From assembly GCA_963801165.1 (NCBI GenBank), contig CAWDDT010000011.1:460212-524211 (forward strand): DNA of 64,000 nt, given 5' to 3'. Origin of the DNA: an uncultured bacterium. GTDB lineage: Bacteria > Actinomycetota > Acidimicrobiia > Spongiisociales > UBA5794. The position numbers and the translations under genes were made by a program. Each line of letters begins with the position of its first letter. The stretch's first letter is position 1. The notes below the pieces were generated by a model. The model was not told the origin of the DNA, made no database searches, and saw only the letters and a list, made by a program, of their open reading frames with translations. Below are positions 25,753-37,957 of this stretch, piece after piece.

Positions 25753-27276
25753 ATGATGAAAACGACGTCCACTCGAGCCGGCTTCGCCGGCGTTGTCTCC
25801 GCCGCACTCGCTCTGGGTCTCACGGAACTCATTGCGGGGATCACATCGCTCGTCCCCTCCGCCATCGCTTCGGTTGGCGGAGTCGTCATCGATAGCTCCC
25901 CGCTCTTTGTCAAGGAATTCGCCGTCAGTGTCTTCGGCACCGCCGATAAGGGTGCGCTGGCTATCGGCACCGCGATAATCAGCCTCGTCATCGGCTGGTT
26001 CATCGGCCAGATCGCCGCCCACCGCCCCTGGGTCGGCTGGGCGGCCTTCGGGGTGTTCGCCATCCTGGGCATCGCAGCAGCCAGGGGTGGTGTCGGCGCC
26101 AACTTCCCACTCACCGTAATCGCCATCGCCGCCTCATCCCTGGCAGGCGCCCTGGTGCTTCGCTACATGAACGGCAGGAGTGAGACGCCTACCGACGGTG
26201 TCGCCGAGAACTCGTCGCGCCGCCAGTTCCTCACCCAGGCCGCCGGGGTCGGTGCGGTTGCCGCCCTCGCTGGTCTCGGCGGCCGCCGGTTGATCATCGC
26301 CCGATCGGAACAGGTCAGGGAATCTGTTTCGCTGCCGGCTGCGGATCTCACTGTCCCCGCCCCGGCCCCCGACACCATGTTCGCAACGATCGCAGACCTA
26401 ACCCCGATCGTGGTTCCGAACAACGAGTTCTACCGGATCGACACCGCTCTCGTGGTACCCCGTCCCGACCCTGAGACGTGGCGGCTCAAGATCACCGGCA
26501 TGGTGGACAACGAGATGGAGTATTCGCTCGATGACCTCATGGCCAAGTCGCTCTATGAGGATTACGTGACCATCTCGTGCGTTTCCAACGAGGTTGGAGG
26601 AGACCTGATCGGAAACGCGAAATGGACCGGAGTCCGGCTCGTCGATCTGCTCGATGAAGCAGGAGTCCAGGACGGAGCAGAACAGGTGTTCAGCCGCTCC
26701 GTCGACGGCTGGACCTCCGGTTTCCCGATCGAGCTCGTCTCCGACGGTCGCGAGCCGCTGCTGGCGATCGGCATGAACGGTGAGCCGTTGCCACCCAACC
26801 ACGGTTTCCCAGCGCGTCTCATCGTCCCGGGTCTGTATGGCTATGTCTCGGCAACCAAGTGGATAGAGGAGATCCAGCTGACCAAGTGGGACGGAGTCGA
26901 CGGCTACTGGGTCCCCCGCGGCTGGTCGAAGGAGGGACCGATCAAGACCGAGTCACGGATCGATCATCCCCGTAACGGGAAGACAATCTCCGAGAACCCG
27001 GTGGTTCTCGCCGGAGTTGCCTGGGCACCAACCCGGGGAATCGAGCGGGTCGAGGTGCAGGTCGATGACGGTGAGTGGGTCGACTGCGAGCTGACCACCC
27101 CGCTGTCCGGCAAGGCGTGGGTGCAGTGGCGTGCCGAGGTGGCTACCACGTCGGGCGACCACAAGGCCCGGGTGCGAGCCACCGACGGAACGGGTGAGAC
27201 CCAGACCGCCGACCGAGCCCGCCCTGCCCCCAACGGCGCTACCGGCTACCACGAGATCAGCTTCAAGATCGCCTGA
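25753..27276 (+). CDS. Membrane-anchored molybdopterin-dependent oxidoreductase (sulfite oxidase family)
   Basis: TM N-terminus, SRRQFL Tat-like motif, FYRIDTAL, CVSNEVGG.LIGNA.W.GV, HGFPAR..VPG.YG..SATKW. Confidence 0.9.
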   Translation: MMKTTSTRAGFAGVVSAALALGLTELIAGITSLVPSAIASVGGVVIDSSPLFVKEFAVSVFGTADKGALAIGTAIISLVIGWFIGQIAAHRPWVGWAAFGVFAILGIAAARGGVGANFPLTVIAIAASSLAGALVLRYMNGRSETPTDGVAENSSRRQFLTQAAGVGAVAALAGLGGRRLIIARSEQVRESVSLPAADLTVPAPAPDTMFATIADLTPIVVPNNEFYRIDTALVVPRPDPETWRLKITGMVDNEMEYSLDDLMAKSLYEDYVTISCVSNEVGGDLIGNAKWTGVRLVDLLDEAGVQDGAEQVFSRSVDGWTSGFPIELVSDGREPLLAIGMNGEPLPPNHGFPARLIVPGLYGYVSATKWIEEIQLTKWDGVDGYWVPRGWSKEGPIKTESRIDHPRNGKTISENPVVLAGVAWAPTRGIERVEVQVDDGEWVDCELTTPLSGKAWVQWRAEVATTSGDHKARVRATDGTGETQTADRARPAPNGATGYHEISFKIA

Positions 27277-27294
27277 CGCCGGCGAGACGAGATC

Positions 27295-29847
27295 TCAGCC
27301 GCTGCTGAGCCGGAGCGTCGCTTCGGCGTGACGCTCGACAGAGACCCGATCCCAGCGCATCGGCCAGGATTGCCCGGACGCCCAGTCCTCGATCATGTCC
27401 TGGTAGTGAGCGCTGTAGACGTGACCGGACTGGCCGGTGGTGTGGATCGCCAGCGAGTTCTCCAGGTTGCCGAGATCGACGATCATCCGCATCGACGGCA
27501 ACCAGGTGACGTCGTAACCCTCGTCGGTGTAGTAGCCGACGGCGTCGACGAGGTCGGAGCTACCACCTACCGGGTAGGGACCGCGGTTGAACCTGCCCTC
27601 GATGAGCCCGTTCCCGGACTCGCCGAGCGTCTCGTTGCGGAACGTGGCCTGGTGCAGATCGCCCCACTCCCACTTGGTCGGGTCGTCGCCGAGATGGTCC
27701 CTGGCCTCGTCGACGCCGGCGATGAACGCCTGATGCAGGATCTCCGGGGCGGTCTCGACCTCGGGCGTCGTGGCGTTGTCCCAGAAGGCGAGGTTGGGGA
27801 AAGGCAGCATGTCGGCGACCGCAAGCGACCAGCGGCTACCCCCGGCCGGCCATAGATCCTCGGGTAGATCGTCCTCGAAGGTGAGCCGGAGCAGGTTGCT
27901 CCACACGGTCTCGAAGACGACTGCACCAGCTGAGTCGGCCTCGTCTCTGAGGTCCCATCCGGCGAGGACCTGCTGCGCGTCCCGGTAGATCTCGTCCTCT
28001 CCGCTCAAGTCGACGTTGAGCAGCCACGACAGCAGCCGCGCCGCGTGCGGGTTGTAGGTATCGCGCTGCATGGAGGCGACGTCGGTGACGTCGATCGATG
28101 GATCAGCCTCGATCATGGCGGTGATCCGTGCCGCCCGGTCGCCGTAGTTCCAGTCGGTGGTGATCAGATACGGGTACGAGTCATCGACGACCGGGTTGTT
28201 GGCCGTGACTATGTATCCCTCTTCCGGGTTGTAGATGAAGGGCAGGTCGTCAAACGGGATGTATCCGTCCCATTCGTAGTCGCCGCTCCAGCCGGGCACG
28301 GGCAATCGGCCGTCCCAGTTATCGCGGATGGGGATCTTGCCGGGCGCCTGGTATCCGATGTTGCCGAGGCGGTCTGCGTAGACGACGTTCTGGGCGGGCA
28401 CCTCGAAAAGCCGGAGCGCGTTGCGAAAGTCGTCGAAGTTATGCGCCTCGTCGAGACGCACGGCGGCGTCGATGACCGCGGGGCCGGGATCGAGTGCCGT
28501 CCACCGCAGCGCAATGGCGTAGTTGTTGGGCAGCGGGATACCGGAGTTGTCGGTGAAGTCGTCCAAGATCCCGTAGTCGTCGGAGATGATCGGGCCGTGT
28601 CTGGTCTTGCGTACGGTGACGGTGACCGGGTCGCCCCCTGCCACGTCGATCGTCTCGGTGGAGACGTCCATGTCCACCCACCTGCCCTGGTATTCGTATT
28701 GCAGCGGATTGTCGGGGTTGGTCTTCTCGATGTACAGGTCCATGACATCGGGACCGAGGTTGGTGAAGCCCCAGGCGATCTGGTCGTTGTGGCCGATGAT
28801 GATGCCCGGCATCCCGGCAAACGAGAACCCCGCGACGTCGAGCGGGCACTCATCCGTCTTCGGGACACAATGGAGCGCCACCTGGTACCAGATCGAGGGC
28901 ATCCTGATCCCGAGATGCGGGTCGTTGGCGAGGATCGCCGCCCCGGTGGCGGTGTGCTCCGGCCCGATCACCCAGCTGTTGGATCCGATCCCGATACCGC
29001 TGTTGCCGGTGACGGCATCGACCCGCCCGATGTTGTCCAGCGTCGCCCCAATCGTCTGGAGCGCATTCACAGGTAGAGGCGCCAGGCTGGCACCGCTCAC
29101 CCGATCCAGCGAGTTCCGCACGATGACCGGGTTGTCCTCGGGATAGGACGGGTACAAAAGGGCGACCTGATCAGGGGTGAAGTCGTCGAGAAGCAACGCC
29201 CTTGCGATCTCGTCGTCCATATTGCCCCGCAAGTCCCAGGCCATCACTTTGCCCCACAAGATGGAGTCGGTCGGCGTCCAGGGCTCCGGGGTGTAGTTGT
29301 GGTTGACGAGATCGAGAACGGAGTACTCGAAGCTCAGCTCGGATGGTGACCGATCCGAGATGTAGGCGTTGACCCCTTCGGTGTAGGCGTCGAGGGCCTC
29401 ACGGCCGAGCGGGCTGGCCGCGTCGTATTGCTGTTCCGCCAGGTCGGCCCAACCCATGACCCTCAGAAACGAGTCGGTCTCGACCTGGTCCTTCCCGAAC
29501 ATCTCCGAGATGCGTCCGGCTCCGATGTGCCGCCAGGTGTCCATCTGCCAGAAGCGGTCCTGGGCATGTACATAGCCCTCGGCCAGGAACAGATCGTGCC
29601 GCGACGAGGCATAGATGTGCGGCACGCCCCCATCGTCACGGATGATCTCTACATCGCCGTCGAGACCCGTGATGGTCACCCGCCCGGAAATGTCCGGGAA
29701 GGGGCGTCGTGTGAGCCAGAAAACGAACACGGACCCCACCAACGCCAGCACGACGAGAACAGACAGCAGCCCCTTGAGAATGAGCCGGGTATACCGGAAG
29801 CGTCGCGCCCGCGCGGGCGCCTCGTCGAACCCGTCCTCGAAACGCAT
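27295..29847 (-). CDS. Penicillin acylase family Ntn hydrolase
   Basis: RD..GVPHIYA, GY.HAQDRFWQMD, GSNSW nucleophile, ANDPHL, GQSGH..S.HY.D. Confidence 0.93.
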   Translation of the reverse strand: MRFEDGFDEAPARARRFRYTRLILKGLLSVLVVLALVGSVFVFWLTRRPFPDISGRVTITGLDGDVEIIRDDGGVPHIYASSRHDLFLAEGYVHAQDRFWQMDTWRHIGAGRISEMFGKDQVETDSFLRVMGWADLAEQQYDAASPLGREALDAYTEGVNAYISDRSPSELSFEYSVLDLVNHNYTPEPWTPTDSILWGKVMAWDLRGNMDDEIARALLLDDFTPDQVALLYPSYPEDNPVIVRNSLDRVSGASLAPLPVNALQTIGATLDNIGRVDAVTGNSGIGIGSNSWVIGPEHTATGAAILANDPHLGIRMPSIWYQVALHCVPKTDECPLDVAGFSFAGMPGIIIGHNDQIAWGFTNLGPDVMDLYIEKTNPDNPLQYEYQGRWVDMDVSTETIDVAGGDPVTVTVRKTRHGPIISDDYGILDDFTDNSGIPLPNNYAIALRWTALDPGPAVIDAAVRLDEAHNFDDFRNALRLFEVPAQNVVYADRLGNIGYQAPGKIPIRDNWDGRLPVPGWSGDYEWDGYIPFDDLPFIYNPEEGYIVTANNPVVDDSYPYLITTDWNYGDRAARITAMIEADPSIDVTDVASMQRDTYNPHAARLLSWLLNVDLSGEDEIYRDAQQVLAGWDLRDEADSAGAVVFETVWSNLLRLTFEDDLPEDLWPAGGSRWSLAVADMLPFPNLAFWDNATTPEVETAPEILHQAFIAGVDEARDHLGDDPTKWEWGDLHQATFRNETLGESGNGLIEGRFNRGPYPVGGSSDLVDAVGYYTDEGYDVTWLPSMRMIVDLGNLENSLAIHTTGQSGHVYSAHYQDMIEDWASGQSWPMRWDRVSVERHAEATLRLSSG

Positions 29848-29916
29848 ATCTGACTCACGCGGCACGACATCAGCGTACCGGATAGGCAATGGTGGATTCC
29901 ACCGTAAGATTGGAGT

Positions 29917-30426
29917 ATGACGACATATGAAGACAGCCAGGGCCAGGACCCGCAGCGACCGGAACTCCCGCTTCAGGCGCAAGTGGTGAACGACGATGAG
30001 CCGATCGGGCCGGCAGGAGAGAGCGGCTCCTACATCACCGAGCCTTCCAAGCTGATCAGAATCGCCTCGATGACCCGGGCGATGCTCGAGGAGGTCCGGC
30101 AGGCAGCCGTCGATGAGGCGGGGCGCCGAAGGTTGGCCGAGATCTACGTAAGCTCGCTCAACCAGCTACGCGAGTCTCTGAGCGAAGACCTCCAGGCGGA
30201 GCTGGAGTCCATATTCCAGCCGCTCCACACCGAGGACGCATCCGAGTCCGAGTTGCGGATCCTGCAAGCCCAGCTCGTCGGGTGGCTCGAAGGTCTGTTC
30301 CATGGGATCCAGGCGTCCCTGTTCAGCCAGCAGGCCGCCGCTGCCGCCCAACTCGAGGAGATGCGCCGGCGCCGCGCCCTCGAGGCCGCTGGCGACGAGG
30401 GCGGCAACCCCGGCCAGTACTTGTAG
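29917..30426 (+). CDS. bpa: Bacterial proteasome activator Bpa/PafE
   Basis: ELRI.QAQLVGWLEGLFHGIQ and C-terminal GQYL HbYX motif. Confidence 0.93.
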   Translation: MTTYEDSQGQDPQRPELPLQAQVVNDDEPIGPAGESGSYITEPSKLIRIASMTRAMLEEVRQAAVDEAGRRRLAEIYVSSLNQLRESLSEDLQAELESIFQPLHTEDASESELRILQAQLVGWLEGLFHGIQASLFSQQAAAAAQLEEMRRRRALEAAGDEGGNPGQYL

Positions 30427-30449
30427 CGGTCAACCACTGCGATACAGCG

Positions 30450-33074
<2,625 letters not shown>

Positions 33075-33260
33075 TGCGCTCCTCTGCTGCTCATCCGATC
33101 AGCGGTGTCCATCCGTACTATATGAAAACAACGTGAAAATGCCTTGACCGTTGGCCCCAGGCAGGGTAATCATCGGCACTCAGCTCCCATCTGCTGGGGA
33201 ATAGAGCCGTATCCCCGTTAGTTGGAGAGAATGAGTACGCCCGAGAAGGGGGTGTAAGAG

Positions 33261-33557
33261 ATGGTTACAGCAATGGAAGATCAAGAGCAGGTCTGGGAAC
33301 CAGAGCACGAATGGCGTGATGAGGCTGCGTGCGCCGGTGCCGACACCGAGGTGTTCTTTCCTCCCGGCGAAGACGAAGCTGCCGCCATGGCCGCAAAGAG
33401 GATTTGCGCGCTCTGCCCCGTGCAAGAAGAATGCCTCCAGTATTCGCTCGCCACTAACCAGACCGAAGGGGTCTGGGGTGGCATGAGCTCAGGGGATAGG
33501 CGCAGGCTGCGTCGCCGTCTTCGCGATCGCGCTCGCCGCTCCCGTCGAGCGAGCTGA
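33261..33557 (+). CDS. WhiB family Fe-S transcriptional regulator
   Basis: W...AAC...D...FFP, AK.IC..CPV...CL, GVWGG; basic tail. Confidence 0.95.
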   Translation: MVTAMEDQEQVWEPEHEWRDEAACAGADTEVFFPPGEDEAAAMAAKRICALCPVQEECLQYSLATNQTEGVWGGMSSGDRRRLRRRLRDRARRSRRAS

Positions 33558-33572
33558 ACGTCTAGTCGAACG

Positions 33573-34673
33573 TCATTGCACCGGTTGTGGTTCCGCGCGC
33601 CCGGCTCGAACCGTCTGCGCCTGATGGGCGATCACGAGCACGATCGAGAACAGAATCATGGCGACGCCCTGGTGGGCGATGGCGAACCACTTGGGGACAC
33701 CGAGCAGTACCACCAGAACACCAAGGGTGATCTGTACGCCGACGGCAATCAGTAACCAATTGGCCGCACCGAAAGCCGGACCGCCGGTGCGCTCACGCCG
33801 GAGGCGGACATACAGGGCTACCACCAGGGCGCCGACCACAAAAGCGAACCAGCGGTGGATCCAGTGCGCGGCGAGCGGCTCGTAGAGATTGCGCCACCAC
33901 GGCGAGTACTGAGACAGCAGACCGGTGGGCACGAGGTGGCCGAACATCAAGGGCCAGGTTTTGGACACGTGCCCGGCTTTGAGACCGGCAACCAGACCAC
34001 CGTAGGCGAGCTGGAGAACGAGCGTCCCCATCAGCACCCAGGTCAGCGTCCTGGTCCCGGGTCTCACTGCACGGCCGGTGTCGTACAGGTCGGGCCGTTC
34101 GGCCCGGATGCGGTCGAGCGCCATCCACAAGACGAGGGCGAGGAGCAGCACTGCGGTGAGCAGATGGATGGTCAGACGGAAATGGCTGACCACCGGTCGG
34201 TCACGTAAGCCGCTCGACACCATGATCCATCCGATGATGCCCTGGACACCGAATAGGGCCACCACCACCCAATACCGGATCGACTCTCGCACGGTGAGCC
34301 GCCGCTTCCACATGAACCACATGAGCGGGGCCACGATGAGGAGGCCGGCGAGACGGGCGACGAGCCGGTGCGCCCACTCGTAGTAGAAGATCCGCTTGTA
34401 GTCGCCGAGGCTCATCCCCTCGTTGACCAGCTGATACTCAGGGGTCATCTGGTACTCGGCGAACGACTGCTCCCAGGCCGTCTCTCCGATGGGCGGTACC
34501 ACGCCGGTGACCACGTCCCATTCGACTATGGACAGCCCGGCGCGAGATAGCCGGACAAACCCACCGATGACCACCATCAACACGATGATCACACCGACCA
34601 TGAGCAGCCATCGCGTTATCGGGTCGCGGAACGCGGAGTCGGTTCTGACTTTCGGGGCATGATCGACGGTCAT
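33573..34673 (-). CDS. ctaA: Heme A synthase (COX15/CtaA type 2)
   Basis: GG.VRL..AGLSIVEW, EWAHRL, VSHFRL..H, AGL.AG....WPLM, HR, HQ. Confidence 0.92.
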   Translation of the reverse strand: MTVDHAPKVRTDSAFRDPITRWLLMVGVIIVLMVVIGGFVRLSRAGLSIVEWDVVTGVVPPIGETAWEQSFAEYQMTPEYQLVNEGMSLGDYKRIFYYEWAHRLVARLAGLLIVAPLMWFMWKRRLTVRESIRYWVVVALFGVQGIIGWIMVSSGLRDRPVVSHFRLTIHLLTAVLLLALVLWMALDRIRAERPDLYDTGRAVRPGTRTLTWVLMGTLVLQLAYGGLVAGLKAGHVSKTWPLMFGHLVPTGLLSQYSPWWRNLYEPLAAHWIHRWFAFVVGALVVALYVRLRRERTGGPAFGAANWLLIAVGVQITLGVLVVLLGVPKWFAIAHQGVAMILFSIVLVIAHQAQTVRAGRAEPQPVQ

Positions 34674-34738
34674 CGACGGCGGAGTGTAGAAACCACCGGT
34701 GCGGGAGTCGATTCGGCACCCACCTGCCGCCGCCGGCG

Positions 34739-35032
34739 TTATCCCCCGAACAGCCTCTTCACCGCTCCCAGGTTGGGTGCCCAGCCCACACCCCAGGCCT
34801 TGCCGGAAAGTACCGGGCCCTCCGGGTTCCAATAGGTCTCGCGGAAGCGCTCGAAGGTCAGCTTGCGGAAGTCGTAGGGAACGAAACCGGCGACCTTGCC
34901 GTGCCAGGTGCGCTGCTCGGGCGGCTTGCGCATCTCCTGGACGATGGCCACGACACCGACGATCGCCAGGGCCAGTCTCCAGAGGTTCCTGCCTGTTCGT
35001 CTTTTCTGCTCTTCTGCGGGTTTGTCTGCCAC
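34739..35032 (-). CDS. Small conserved membrane protein (DUF5808-like)
   Basis: RTWHG.V...VPYDFR, WNP, GVGW..N pattern; one TM segment; start uncertain. Confidence 0.65.
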   Translation of the reverse strand: MADKPAEEQKRRTGRNLWRLALAIVGVVAIVQEMRKPPEQRTWHGKVAGFVPYDFRKLTFERFRETYWNPEGPVLSGKAWGVGWAPNLGAVKRLFGG

Positions 35033-35095
35033 CGCGTACAGGCTACCCGGTATCGATGGCCGAGTCATCACGAGGAACGACGCGGGCCGGCCGCG

Positions 35096-35602
35096 TCAGT
35101 TCTCGGTGATCGTGACCGAATTGATCACGCAGTCGTCGTGGGGACGGTCCTGGGGGCCGGTCGGCGTGTTGGCAATGGTGTCGACAACATCGAGCCCGTC
35201 GGTGACCTGCCCGAAGATCGTGTATTTGTGCGGCAGCCCGTAATCGGTGTGCATGATGAAGAACTGCGACCCGTTGGTGTTGGGCCCGGCGTTCGCCATC
35301 GCCACGGTTCCCCGGTTGTAGCTGCCCGGTCGCTCCAACTCGTCACGGAAGCGATACCCGGGGCCACCCGTCCCGGTTCCTGTGGGGTCGCCGCCCTGGA
35401 TCATGAAGCCCTTGATGACCCGGTGGAAAATGACACCGTCGTAGAAGCCGTCGCGGGCGAGGAAGACGAAGTTGTTGACGGTGAGCGGCGACTTCATGGC
35501 GTCGAACTCGATGTCGATGTCGCCATGATTGGTGTGCAACGTGGCCGAGTATGTCTTGTCGAGATCGATGGTCATCTCAGGTTGCGAGTCGTACTGGGCC
35601 AT
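35096..35602 (-). CDS. ppiA: Cyclophilin-type peptidyl-prolyl isomerase
   Basis: FHRVI.GFMIQGGDPTGTG, AMANAGPNTNGSQFFI. Confidence 0.96.
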   Translation of the reverse strand: MAQYDSQPEMTIDLDKTYSATLHTNHGDIDIEFDAMKSPLTVNNFVFLARDGFYDGVIFHRVIKGFMIQGGDPTGTGTGGPGYRFRDELERPGSYNRGTVAMANAGPNTNGSQFFIMHTDYGLPHKYTIFGQVTDGLDVVDTIANTPTGPQDRPHDDCVINSVTITEN

Positions 35603-35653
35603 GGGAGCTCCCGTCTGGTTGTGGCTTGCGGGTTTGCAGGCTAACGCCTGGGC

Positions 35654-36877
35654 TCACCTACGCCGGCGTCTCCGAGCCATCGGGTGGGTGCGCTTGCCAC
35701 GGAACGGGGCAAGATCGGGGTCCGGGTCCCAGGAAGAAAGATCGGCTATCCGATCGTCGTTGGAGAACATCTTGATGATGGGTACGTTGAGACCTGCCCG
35801 CCGCTGGATACCCAGCACCTCGTTGACCTGATCCCACTCGACGAAGGTCACCACCAGACCCGACTCTCCGGCCCGGGCGGTGCGACCGGACCTGTGCAGA
35901 TAGGTTTTCGGGTCATCGGGCGGGTCGTAGTGAAGAACTATGTCGACGTCGTCGATGTGCAGGCCGCGCGCCGCCACGTTGGTCGCGACCAGGACCGGTG
36001 TCGAACCGTCCATAAACCCGGAAAGGGCCTGGTCCCGCTGCCGCTGATGCAGGTCACCGTGAATTGCCAGGGCCCCGACACCGATGTCGCGCAAGCTGCT
36101 GGCTACCCGGTCGCACTCGGCCTTCGTCCTAACGAACATGAGGGTCCGCTCCGCCGAGGCGGCAATGGCCGCGGCCATCTTGACCTTATCCATGTGATGT
36201 ACCTTGAGAAAGCGGTGCTTCATGGTCTCGATGGCTTCGCCGTCCGGCTCGGCGTTGTGACGAACCGGCTGATCCATGTAGGCCGCCACCAGCGTCCCTA
36301 CTTGACCATCCAGCGTCGCGGAGAACAGGAACGTCTGGTGCTCGGTCGAGATGCCACTCATGATGCGTCTGACCTGGGGAAGAAAGCCCATGTCGGCCAT
36401 CTGGTCGGCCTCATCGATCGCCACCATGCAGACATCCTCCAAGAGCACTTCCTTGCGTTCGATGAGGTCGATGAGACGGCCCGGAGTGGCAATCACGATC
36501 TCAACGCCGCGCCGCAACGCCGTCGTCTGGGTCTTCATCGGAGCGCCGCCGTACACCGCAACGGTGGTGAAGCCCCTGATCTCCGCCAGCGGCTCGAGCA
36601 CGGCCGCAACCTGCTGGGCCAGTTCTCTGGTCGGGACGAGCACCAGCGCGAGCGGGCGCTTCACCTGGGCGCGCTCCAGTTGCTGGACGATGGGAAGGCC
36701 GAAAGCAAGTGTCTTCCCCGACCCAGTCTTTGCCTTGCCGCAGACATCCCGGCCCTCGAGAGCGTCCGGAATCGTCAGCTGTTGGATGGGAAAAGGGTCG
36801 GTGATCCCCTGCGCGGCCAGCGCATCTGCGAGATCGGCTTCGATGCCGATTTCTTTGAATGTCGAGGTAGAGGTCAT
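35654..36877 (-). CDS. DEAD-box RNA helicase
   Basis: Q motif, KTGSGKT, PTRELA, TPGR, DEAD, SAT, ARGL, HRSGRTAR. Confidence 0.96.
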   Translation of the reverse strand: MTSTSTFKEIGIEADLADALAAQGITDPFPIQQLTIPDALEGRDVCGKAKTGSGKTLAFGLPIVQQLERAQVKRPLALVLVPTRELAQQVAAVLEPLAEIRGFTTVAVYGGAPMKTQTTALRRGVEIVIATPGRLIDLIERKEVLLEDVCMVAIDEADQMADMGFLPQVRRIMSGISTEHQTFLFSATLDGQVGTLVAAYMDQPVRHNAEPDGEAIETMKHRFLKVHHMDKVKMAAAIAASAERTLMFVRTKAECDRVASSLRDIGVGALAIHGDLHQRQRDQALSGFMDGSTPVLVATNVAARGLHIDDVDIVLHYDPPDDPKTYLHRSGRTARAGESGLVVTFVEWDQVNEVLGIQRRAGLNVPIIKMFSNDDRIADLSSWDPDPDLAPFRGKRTHPMARRRRRR

Positions 36878-36955
36878 CTTCGCTTCTAGTGGCGATGCCC
36901 GGAACCGCCGGTGGGGATACCAAACCTAGTCGCCACAGCCCAAAGCGCCATTCGA

Positions 36956-37939
36956 TCAGCCCGATCCGTTGCCGATTCCGAGGCGCGCCAGGTCCCGCGC
37001 CTCGAGCTCGGCGTTGAGTTCGGCACCCATCAGAACGATCAAACCCGAGATGAAAAACCACAGCATCAGGACAATCACACCGGTCAGGAGACCATAGGTA
37101 GCACCGAGCGAGCCGACCCGGTTGCTGTAGATCGAGAGACCCAAAGTCGCCAGCAGCCAGAAGAACGCAACGACCACGGCACCTACCGAGATCCATGGGG
37201 ACTCCGAAGCGGGACGGTTTGGGGCGATCTTGAAAAGGATGCCCAAACCAACGATCACCATAACGAAGATGATCGGCCACCTGCCGTACTGGACGAATCT
37301 GATCAGCCGGTGCGCTCCAACGGCATCGAGCAGATCGGGCAGAAACGTCGCGGCAGAGGCGGCGACAGTGACAAAGACGATCAGGGCCAGCGTGATCCCG
37401 AGCGCCATGCCACGCTGGATGAGAAACGGTCGATCCTCGGGAGTGTCGTAGGCGATGTCGATACCGGTCATCAGCGCCTTCGTCCCCGCCGAGGCGGACC
37501 ACAGGGCACCGATGATGCTCAACACCGCGGTGAGCCCGAGACCCGACCCGGAGTCGGCGACGATCGTGGTCAGCTCCGGTCGGATGAAATCAGCCGTGGA
37601 TCGCGGCAGAGCCGAAGTGAGGTCGTTGATCTGTCTCGTCAGCTGGGAGGGATCGAGAACGAGCCCGTAGATCGAGATGGCTGCGAGAGCCGCGGGGAAG
37701 ATCGCCAGGAAGGCGTAGTAGGACAGGCTCCCGGCGATGATCGGGATGTGGTGATCCCTCATCCGGACCTGGACTCCGCGCAGCAGCGACATGGTCTTGT
37801 GTAGCCGATCCGCCGGCTCTTCCTCCGGCACGGGCACCGGTGCCGGATCCTCTTGCCGCTCGTCTTTTCTGCGCCAGAGCGCAGCGACCGCCGTGATCGC
37901 GGCGAGACCGCCCAGCACCCAGTTGAGATACCGCTTCAT
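36956..37939 (-). CDS. YihY/virulence factor BrkB family membrane protein
   Basis: A..LSYY.FLAIFP, LWSAS, TYG.L.GVIVLMLW, L.GAELN. Confidence 0.9.
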   Translation of the reverse strand: MKRYLNWVLGGLAAITAVAALWRRKDERQEDPAPVPVPEEEPADRLHKTMSLLRGVQVRMRDHHIPIIAGSLSYYAFLAIFPAALAAISIYGLVLDPSQLTRQINDLTSALPRSTADFIRPELTTIVADSGSGLGLTAVLSIIGALWSASAGTKALMTGIDIAYDTPEDRPFLIQRGMALGITLALIVFVTVAASAATFLPDLLDAVGAHRLIRFVQYGRWPIIFVMVIVGLGILFKIAPNRPASESPWISVGAVVVAFFWLLATLGLSIYSNRVGSLGATYGLLTGVIVLMLWFFISGLIVLMGAELNAELEARDLARLGIGNGSG

Positions 37940-37957
37940 CGCTACTGACGCTAACCC

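Noticed and set aside
33144-33173. Sigma-70 promoter for whiB (TTGACC-N17-TAATCA)
   Set aside because: The -10 match is weak and there is no independent support.
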